A DNA stretch of 61,390 nt, the filler included, from Platydemus manokwari (Eukaryota): NCBI GenBank assembly GCA_037951405.1. It is 6 parts of 6 records of this genome, joined end to end, with 100 filler letters (N's around TTAATTAATTAA, not from the genome) between each part and the next. Parts side by side here need not be neighbours in the genome. Positions count along the whole stretch, not along the records: positions 50,077 to 61,390 come from JBBMOY010649986.1; 5 more parts are not named here. One strand, written 5' to 3'. Numbering within the stretch: the stretch's first letter is position 1; each line of letters begins with the position of its first letter. Below the pieces are notes generated by a model. It searched no databases and had not been told where the DNA came from. It saw only the letters and a program-made list of their open reading frames with translations. Shown here piece by piece: positions 50,850-61,390 of the stretch. A program made the translations under genes and the position numbers.

Positions 50850-52560
50850 ATACCATCTTCGAGGTGATTGATTTTCAAAAAATGAAAATTTTGTCGTAAT
50901 TATTGGTGTTGCATTAATGTGAAAACCAATTATTTTAACTACTGTTTTCTTTTAATAAGTTTTCTTTGCCTTAATCACAAATACGTTGGATTGGTACAGA
51001 TGAAGATAACCAAACACCTGCTTAATAATAAATTTCAAACATGCTTAATACACTGAAATTGTTTAAAATTATAAGTTCATATTGTATTGCTGAAAATATT
51101 TGGCTTTGCAAACTGGTAAGTTCGTCAATCGAGAAATACTTAAAAATTGCATCTATCACCTTATCGAATCTATCAATTGTCATAACTATATAGGTATTAT
51201 TAGTGTAGGTTTTGTTCTAACTAAGAATATCTTGTAACCTCTTATTTGAGAATCTATGCACTTAAAAATAGTAAAAAATTTCTTTTGTTTTATTCTGATT
51301 TTTTGTTCACGAAATACATATTAACTCAAGAGTTTCTTTATTGTTCTGGACATCCTGTTCGAAAAGATTTATCTTCCAAAATGACAAAGAATGTTTGTAA
51401 ATCTTAAATGACACACTTCTTTAAACATAATTAAACAAATCGTGTAGCAAAATACTGATTTACGATGTTGTTTTCCTTCTCCAGTAACAGAACTTGGAAA
51501 ATCGTCATTATATTATTTGAATGAAAATTTTTTGATATAAATTTGGCTATTTTATATTTAAATAATATCTGTTTCTTTATTTGGTTCTGAATGAGACTAA
51601 GTTATGCATAAGCTAAAGGTTCATTATCAAATGATCTATATTGTGGCTGACGAGAACACTCAAGGCTGTTAAGAATGTCAATGAACTGAACTAAGAATAC
51701 TCCATGAGAGTTTTCTTTCATATATTAGAGAATCGGAGTTCGACATCTTCACAGAGTTTCAACATCAGGGATTGCGAAATAACACAAATATTCACCTATT
51801 ATAACGTTGGTATAATTGTATATGTTTAATATTCGGCGCTAGTTTGTTAAATTAGAAATTATCCTAATTTAAATTTGCACTGCTTCTTCGGAATGGTTGC
51901 ATCGAATTATTTAAAATCTTTACTCCATCCGTATTGAAAGTACATTTGTTGGAGTCATTTTCTTGAGTCTAAATTAATTATTCGGCAAAAGTCTTCCTTT
52001 AGAAGTTTATCATGATCTTCTCTAGTATATCAGCACATTATATTATAATATTACTCTTAAAATGAATTGTCCATTAACTTAATCAAAGTTTTTGCTGGTT
52101 CAAATGAAAGTTATATATCTACTGAAATCTTTGTTGGAATTCATATCCAAGATCAATCGAGAGTAAATATTTGATGTAGGTTAAACAATCTTGGCTGAAA
52201 ACTAAATTTTCCTTTTCACTGCAATTTGTCATCTACACTCACACAAATTGAATCATAATTCTTTTCAGTAATAACCTTAAAGGAATTTCAGAAGTTTATG
52301 TATTATATAATAATATATGTTTTTAATAAATTCTTTACTATATTTTGGCTTTGAGCTGCACTGATTGAATTTTTGGATTTCCATTGATAACATTATCATA
52401 ACATTTCTACCAAAGTTATTTTTAATAAATAAAATTGTGAGCAAGTTCCTTAGATTCCCAATATTTCCATATTTTATATCTAAATTTTGATGAACCCAGT
52501 GTTGAGTTCTTAAATTCCAAAATTATTTTTAATATCAGTACCGACAAATAAATTTTAATA
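50850..52560 (-). mobile_element. heavily decayed LTR-retrotransposon pol (Ty3/Gypsy order PR-RT-RH-IN)
   Basis: Minus-strand relics in order: FVGTDIKNNFGI (~52530, protease end); YLLSIDLGYEFQQ (~52150), TREDHDKLLKE (~52010) and SNKCTFNTDGVKIL (~51930) (RT); EPLAYA (~51615, RNase H); IVMTIDRFDKVIDA (~51170, integrase). YxDD is not recognisable. Confidence 0.6.
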
Positions 52561-55500
52561 AATTTCCTTCATTTTGATAATTCTTTTTTTTTAAACTTCC
52601 ATTTGGCTAGTTTTGGGTTACCACTTTATTAAAAATATTTCACTCATCGTTATTAAACTTGCTATTAATTAAGAACTTCCAATTTTCTTCATATAATCTT
52701 CCCTGATAGCTATATTTGATGTTGATCATACTCCATTATCATTTATCGCTTTATAATGGAACTCTATGATTCGATTTTTTTCTAAATAAAATGGAGAAGG
52801 TTGTTTGGATCTTTTATATCATGTATCACATGTTCTTCGTTCAAGTTGTATTGATTCTCATTCTCATTGTGAATATAATACGTATTTAATTACTTTCAGT
52901 GAGTGGTTATCATTGAAAGAAAGTCTCTCTTTACCGAAGATCTCTAAGTAGGACGACTTCGGAAATACCAGTCTAATCCCAGCAAAAAAACAATTACCAA
53001 AGGCATAATGTTTTCTTTAGGAAGTCTTTGATGTCGATTATATCGTCTTCTATCAATGTGCTTTATTAAACAGTATTATTTTTTTCCGAAGAAATCATCT
53101 TCTACTATCTTACTATGGGCTCTGACTCCAAATATCGTTGTCCGTATGATAGGTACTGCTTATAGTTATAATTTAGAATTCGATGTCTAACTGCTTGATT
53201 ATTTATAGTGGTGCTATTATCGATTCAAAAACTTTATTGTACATTATATTTTCGAAATCTACATGACAAAGGTTCACTATTGATATACTTTCAAATTTGT
53301 ATTCCTCACTGAATTTCATATTCTTCTCGATCGCTCCTTGCCTCATCAAGTGATTCAACCAACTTTTAAAGCTCCAATTTTAAAATTGATGAATCTCCCA
53401 TTTCGCTGTTGAACACTAGCTAATTTGACAAAACGTACATAATATATTTATTGATATGTATGTGTTCTAAATTCAAATCTTCTGTAGTTACTTATTATTT
53501 TAACTTTTTCACAAGGATTCTGTTTAGTCTGTCATTAATCAATGAAAATCAGTAAATAGATTTAAATTTTTGATTAATTGAACTACACCCAACAATCATT
53601 TTCGCCGGGATCTTGTAATTCAATTAATATTGATAAGGCGAAATAGCCGATTAAGTTATTTATAATAATTTTAAAAAAGTCATCTGTCATATTCATAAAA
53701 TTTAAATTTTATTTAAATACACTTAGAACTAAAACAAAACTATATCAACTTATAATTTCTACAATTTGTTTTCATAATTGAGAACAGTACATTTGGTTTT
53801 AACTTTTGAAAATTAAAAATTGTTTCTATAAACTTTTCAAAACAATTAATCTAAAAGCCAATGAATGGAATACTTTCTTTATTTTAATTATAAACATTAA
53901 CTATAACCATTAATTATAAACATTAATTATAACCATAAACATCTTATTTAAGCATTTTTTACTGGATAGTTAAATAAAAAATCGAATGATTTCGTTTTTC
54001 AGTTCCACTTTTTTGTTTGTAGATCATTGTCGACATTGCACATTGAAATATCAGTGATTTCAATAAAATGTCAACCAGTATGATTCGATCGTATTCCTTA
54101 GAATTTGTTCGTATAACACAAACGTTCTTTTTTATTCATTGTATTAGTAGCAAAAACATTGTTATGATCAACATCATTTTAACATAAATACACTCTATTA
54201 CTAACGCGAATCTTATAAATTATTATGATGTCTTTCAAGAAATAGTCATCCATATTTTTCGAAATAAATTATCCGTTTAACTAAAAATGATATACTTTAA
54301 ACGGAATGGTGTTCCAAACAATAATGAAATTAATTATATAACCTACTCCACATAGATATATGTTTCGATATTTCTACATGGAATACTGAAATTTAATTTT
54401 TAAACTATCCTCACAACAGAATCAAATTGGCTTTTAAGCAATCAATTCATGAATTGACATATTTATTCGATCTAAATATTTCATCTAATACATCTCATTT
54501 TCATGTGAATCTGTTTTCACAAGAAATGATGTGTTGACCACTACCAAGTTCTACTCGTTGATTTTGTTTATAGATTTATTTTTACTTACAGTCTAACGCA
54601 GTGATTGGTGTGTGCGGAATATTATTTACTTTCCAATAAAACCAAAGAAGTAACAACCGACATTACGAATGATTTCATCTTTAAACTATCGAAAAAAAAC
54701 TAGTGTTTATTTTATCTTTTATCAATTAATTTTTCTGATAATTTCGAAATTAATTTATACGAAATCGTTGATATTTGATAAAAATGTTTTATGAATAAAA
54801 ATCCTATGTACAAACTAAAATAATAATATATTTTTTTCATTCCAAAAAATTGTATGTTACATAAATTAAATGGGTGATAAAATCTTTGTAAAAAAAATAG
54901 AAAACTTAATCAACTAAATGATTCTAAATCCGATAGAACAGCATTTAAATACATGGGAAAAAATCAGTAAATCATTATAAATGTTATTTACTCGTTTTTC
55001 ACCTTCATACAATCCAAATATTAACCCGATAACAATTTACAGAAATGCACTATTACTTTTGGACATTGGTTTTAATGATTTTTTTTTATTGAAAAAAATG
55101 ATATTAAATGTCACATTAAGCATTCCAATGGTTGATATTATATTTACCTGCATTTGAAGCATCGTTTTACTAATACAACATTCCATCACAGGACACCACG
55201 AAAAGTACGTCAAAAAACATTCCTAGTGTGATAATTAACCAACATCATAATTAATTATTGTTATGATTTGTTTTTTCATTAATTTTCACCTAGAAAATCA
55301 ATATAAAGACATTTTTTATTGTAAATACAATCGAGTTTTGAGATAAAGTTGTTATTAAAAATTATAATAATAATATTAATATTTATTTTTAATAATAATA
55401 AATATATTTGTAATAATATTCTAATTACCGTTAGATTTAATCATAATCTCCTTTATAAAATAATAATTATAATTATCCGTTAATAATAATTATGATTTCC

Positions 55501-58500
55501 TTTTAACTCAAATTTCTTATCAAGGACATTTAAATTACAATTATCGACTATATTTTATCTACATTTTAAGCTAAATCCTTGTATATATAATAGTTTTAAC
55601 AAAGTGTAGATTTTAAAAATTTGTAAACAAGTTTTAAGCGGGAAATAAAAAAATATAAAAATTCAAAGCAAATCGAAGATTTAATTAAAAATGTTTTTTT
55701 GTGAAAATTCTGCAATTTTTATTTTCAATATATGACTTAATATTAAATTTATATAATGAATCTTGAATATATATATATATACAATAAAATTACTAATAAT
55801 AGTAATAAAATCATCGTAAAATATTTCTATTCTTCAATATTTATAGCTATATACTATTAGGTTGGAGAGAAATTTGGTTTACAATCTTTCCTATTTTTGA
55901 TTCATTTTGTAAATTATTCGTCTATGTGAGGATTTTAAAATAAATTGAAAGATTTTTTAGTCAGATGGAACAATGATTATGTGTTGTAACTTTTCAATTC
56001 ATTTTCAATGTGTGTTTTATAAAATAATTGCTATTTAGAGTCTCGAAACACGTTCTAGAGTTTGATTTCATATTGATTTTTATGATTTTGAAATGAGAAA
56101 ACTTTTCAATGAGAAACATTAAATAAAACTAAACATCCTAATAGTGATGTCAACATAAAAATATCCTCAATACAAGTGTTTCTAGAAAAGGTGATTTGTT
56201 AAGCTAAAGATTAATAGCACTTAGGTCATGCATAAATTCTGGACACGTCTCCTATTAATAGTTTCAGGAAAAATAGTTATACATCTCTTTGTTTAACACA
56301 TTCCTGAGGTCATAATATATTGAACAACAATAAGAAAAAACAGTTCTAAAACTCAAAATCGTTCCATTCAACATAGTACCAATTTACAACATAAATATTT
56401 TATAAAAATCTCCAGAATAAAATTTTGTTTTAATTAAATGAATTGTATACTACTTACTGAATCATTACAATCTTGAATATTGAGACAATACAATTGACCA
56501 TCAATCATCTCATCTTTCTGAACCAAATCATCTAAAAATAATTAGTAGTTCAAGCATAGGTTACTCGAAAATATTTACGTATCACTGAGGAATATTCGTA
56601 AATAAATCTGCTTGTGTAAAATTTCACCAGAATAGCTGAATACAGAACCATATTTAAATGATGGATATAATAATATTTAAGTTTTTGATAAATAAATTGA
56701 TTAATTTGAGATAACATTCTTTCTCATTATGTACAGATTGACATTACGATCTTTACACGAACAAGAAATCGACTGCTATTTTGTTTTTGTCAATGAATCC
56801 ACTTTTCAAATTCAATTTCTGATATAACTGGCGTTAAATAAACATTATCAGTACTTCATATGCATATTTTAATATGGAAGATGCTTTTGTACCACATTGA
56901 TAATTTTTGACAAGAAATAATCGACGTTATTTCTTTTTATTAATTCTACCAATACCATCTTAGTATGAAAATTGTGAAGCAACAATTTAGGATTGATATG
57001 ATTACAACGAGCGTTAGTTCAGAAAATTTATACTGTTTTTGACACTCTAATAAATAAACAAATAAATAATTGTATAAAGAAAGATGTAATCTTCCATTGA
57101 ATTTGTCTAAATAAATGTGTAATGGAACATAATTTATTAATAGCGATATATAATATTTGAATTACTAAATGAGATTCAATATCAGGAATTGAATAAAAAC
57201 ATTTTATGAAATATTTCAGTTAATTATCTTTTATCATATTGTAGCAATTTTTATTTGGATGATCGTCAGTATTCTAATCAGTATCGATACTATATATGCT
57301 AAGCTGATATAATCTGAACGACCTAACAGACTCGTAATTAAATATACATTTGGTTTGAAAACATAACCCGTTAGAATATATTTAATATAATACGAGTATA
57401 AAAACGAATTGATTGACACCAAGTTAATATTTTAGTGAATTACGATAGTAATAGTTAGTAATACGATAAATGCAGATCACTTTTATAATCCAAATAAAAA
57501 TCGTGAATACTGTTAGGATTTAAAGTATTTATAAATAATTTTTAATAAAATAAATAACTGAAACTTCTTTTAAATAATTGGTTATAATATTTAAAAACAA
57601 ATTTTTGATTTGGACTTTTTAAAACAATAGTATGAGCTCAAAACTACAATTTGTCAATTGTACTTAATATTATCGATATAATGATTAAAAATCAGACTTA
57701 AAGTTTGCTTGATTAACTTCTTTAAGAATTCAAACCTTGTTTAAGACAAAAAATTATCCAAATCAAATTTATTTCATTTTCAATGATGGTGAAGAACAAC
57801 TTATTTATTATGGATTTTAAAATATCTATCAAATAATCATAAGCCCCTAATCAAATATCTAAGCCCCTTGAGAGTTTTCAACTTAAAGAACTGTTGATTT
57901 GTAATATTGATTTCGCTATCATACATAAACCCATCAGTCATATCAACAACATTGGATTAAAAAGTAATGAATTTTTTGCATTGTGATCATCGCAGCAAAA
58001 TTTATTTGAATTGAATCGACTGGTCTACATTTAAAATGAAAAAAAGTTGATTGTCGGGAAAAATGAAATTAGAACACTTAACTTATCAAAACTATAAATA
58101 CATTAATTTATTCATTGTTCGTGAATTGATGATTCTGAAATTTCAAATTATTAGTTGTTTATATAAATATAACAGAAAAGTGAAACTCAATTACTTAAAG
58201 GTCGAAAAGAAATTATTTTAAGATGTCTTAAAAATATTTTGCTAGCTTTTGTAAAATAAATAAAAAGATTTGAAAATGGACCAATTTGATGATGATGTGT
58301 AATTAATGTTTATTTTTAATGAAGATTTTAATAAATTGATTTAATAAAATGTATATGTTAAATACATCTAAATATATGTTTATATATATATATATATTTG
58401 CATTAAATTATGTTATTTCCATAAGTATGGACTTGTAGATAGCAAGGAAAATTAATCGATGAAAATTTATAAAAATTTATGTTCATTTATTTAATAACAT

Positions 58501-58574
58501 TTAACTTATGTGAGAGTTTGAAAATGAATTAAACTTTAACAATTTAATTCAAATTTAATTTCATTTTTTGTCTT

Positions 58575-58915
58575 GAATTTTCAGTTAGTTTTCAATGCCT
58601 TATTTAGAAAATAGTAGCGGCTTACATAGCGACCCGGCATCTAGATTCGATTCTGAAGAGAAAGAGGAAGATATTAAGATTATATAAAGGAGTTGTAGTG
58701 AAGATATAAAGGAGATACAAAAAGGAATATAAAGAAAGTAGTAGAATTAGAGATTTTTAAGTAGATAAATATGTAGAATATTCAATAAAGAGACGATTAA
58801 GAATACAAATTGAATCGTAAGTGTTAAAGAAAGGAGGCTTAGAGAGTTTTTAAATGAATTATATCTTTAGGGACTTAATTGAAATCTGGAATTTTCAGTT
58901 CGTTTTCAATGCATT
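58575..58915 (+). repeat. 27-bp direct repeats 314 bp apart enclosing a purine-rich LTR-like segment
   Basis: GAATTTTCAGTTAGTTTTCAATGCCTT (58575) and GAATTTTCAGTTCGTTTTCAATGCATT (58889). Internal TATATAAAGG and AATAAA. Confidence 0.6.
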
Positions 58916-61390
58916 CTTTACTATCGATACTATTTACTATCGACATTTAATTTGCAAATAAAATTTTTACTTAAATCATTATAATAATAAATTTAAATAA
59001 TCCGGCATGTTAATTAATAAAACGAGTTTATTTATATTAGGCGAATAGTATATATATAATTAAAGTTTATTAAATTACTTTTATCTATTTTTATTAATTA
59101 TAATAATTAATTTATTTAATTTCATTTATTTATTATTAAGATTATTTAGTAGTTATTCATCATGTGTCAATTTTATCAAAAAATGATATCATACTAGTAA
59201 TATTAGATACCGATATTGGGAAAAATTAAATGTCAGTAATAAGTCTAAGATAATCGATATATGTATGTCTAATGTACATCAACCAGACAATTGTAGAACG
59301 AAAATGAAGCATTCATAGAATGAATTACTATTCCAAATTCAGATTGAATTTAGATGATTTGCCAGATTCCTATTTTTAAACACATGATTCACCACATGAC
59401 TGATACAACGATTTTCCTACAATTTCATCAGTGTTATTGGATATGTTTCCAATTGAAGCCATGTGACAGATTTGGGTCATGTTATAAAATATTGCGTCAT
59501 ACATGAGATGAAATCTAGTTAAATATTTCATTTTTACAGACATAATATTTTTCAATTGATTCTTCATCAAATGCAAAGATAATAAAATCTTAACCGAAAA
59601 TCTTACCGATCTGAAACTAGTTTTGCTGTTCAGATTTTATTATTATCATTGAATAGAAAGGTTTATACAACTTAATTCTGGTGTTGCACTCTACGATGAT
59701 AAAGGGGATTTTTATTCTGAGATTAATTAAAACAAATATTTCGTTGATATCCAAGAAAATGCTTCCTTCGTTTTCGTTTTAGAATGTAAATAGGCAATCG
59801 GGAAAGATTTTTATGTTCGTCTAATTTAAAACAAAAAATTCATAAATATTTTATTCTCAATGACAGATTCGTATGGGAAATACATCTACTCTGATATGAA
59901 GCAATTTATCAAAAAGCCTAGATAAAATATTTGGAATAAAACCAAAAAGCAAAATATATATATCAATTAAAATTTAAATAAAATATTTTCCTGATTGGTT
60001 CGTGTTAACAGATATATTAAATAGTGATAATCCAAATAATACTACCAGTGTTGATAAATTGAAAGGCCTTGCAAAAGTTCATAAATTGATTTGCGCGAAT
60101 TCCTAAATCACACCAACGCTGGAATATTAGACAAATTACTGAAAACCCAATTGTTTATATAGTTGATTTATTTTTTTTATCCCAAACGATCAATAATAAA
60201 CAGTTAACGTCAATCAAATTCGTGAATGCTGCCAATTGATTTTTCAAGTTTGTTTACAAAATATCTTGAAACAAGAATAGAAATAAAATATAATATTGAT
60301 AATGTATGGAAATATTAAATTTGGAACAAATCAAATTCATTTTTTACGAATAAAATTGATGGGAATTTGATTTTCGTTGGATTTTCGATTCTGGTAAATG
60401 ATTCTGTTAAATGATTCCAACAGATATTCTGTATCTGTTTAGAGAGACTCAGTCAATTTAAAATTGAAAATCGATCTACATTACCGCTAAAATTATTTCC
60501 AACCAACTTTAAAAATTAACGATTTTTTTTCGAGTTTTTATTCGATCAAAACATTTTTGTGAGCAGAACACTGATATGGATCGAAATACAATTGCAACAC
60601 ATTCTCAATCATCTATTAACATTTATTTCTCAACATTTTTCAAACAGCTCATTCAATCAACGATATAGTTAAAACAATCGGATTTCTATATTATTCAGTA
60701 TCTGCATTTTTACGATTATAGTCAGTCTGCTTATGACAGAATTTTAATAGTTCAATAAAACATAACGTGAAAAAGAATTTTATCACGATAAAAGACATAA
60801 AATTTGTGCAAAAATTTGTCAAAAATATTTTCTCTGAAAAATTATTATGTTAACCGATATTCGACGCAGTATAACTGCATTATAAGCTATGTACATTTAT
60901 AAATATCATATATTTAATATGAATATTAGATGTGGTGCAATGAATTATAGTTTAATAGTATAATTTTTCCATTGTTTTTATATTTTCATTTTTCCATGTC
61001 AAGGATTTTTAATAAAAAAAAACGGTTTAATGAAAGCATTATTAATTGTGTAAAATATGAAGTTATTCCGTATGGGTTAACAGATCTATTTTATTAACAA
61101 TTATTATTATGCCGGAATTCGTTGGAAATGAAATAAATTAGTACCTGCTACAAGAACATGTTTAAAACATTAATATTTGATATCACAAGAAATCAATTTA
61201 AAATAGAATGATATTAAAACAACAAATTCAACAATCAATCACGAAAATAAAATGTATTTCATTAAAAAAGTATATAATTATTTGATGCTAAAAAAAGTAA
61301 TTGCATGATAGGAAAACAAATACAAGAGAAAAATAACTATATTTATTCGTAGGCCTTTAACGTTATGTGCGCAAAAAACAATTCTAAGTA

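Noticed and set aside
50077-61390. Downstream eag exons (PAS domain, FLLANAQ/PIVYCN motifs) in the last contig
   Set aside because: Not found on reading; this contig need not be adjacent to the previous one.

Overview
Very AT-rich metazoan genomic DNA, not a prokaryotic island. It is built from six pieces of roughly 9-11 kb joined by an identical artificial 100-nt linker (44 N + TTAATTAATTAA + 44 N), so adjacency across the linkers should not be trusted. Host genes I can support are: an intronless 577-aa double-RING protein (13732-15465, +); the last six coding exons of a phospholipase B-like 2 gene (37310-39691, -, with several 42-56 nt introns); and the first coding exon of an ether-a-go-go (KCNH/eag) K+ channel (48788-48866, +), which the ORF track missed. 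Most of the rest is decayed mobile DNA: a dispersed family of 430-460 bp solo LTRs (one with a perfect 4-bp TSD), an internally deleted Tc1/mariner element with both TIRs, two restriction-like-endonuclease (RLE) non-LTR retrotransposon remnants, a heavily decayed Ty3/Gypsy pol, and tandem repeats. The most unusual unexplained items are (i) a compact virus-like two-ORF cassette at ~23.5-25.2 kb (112 aa plus a 234-aa, 20-Cys protein) with a shared CC(C/T)GGCA(T/C)TAAT motif, (ii) the first contig, with LTR-like units followed by duplicated ORF relics of unknown family, and (iii) a dense ATCGAT cluster around the eag first exon. Tiny introns, TTAGGG and the TE complement would fit a planarian flatworm, but that is inference only. 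I see no CRISPR, rRNA, tRNA or demonstrably new multi-gene system.
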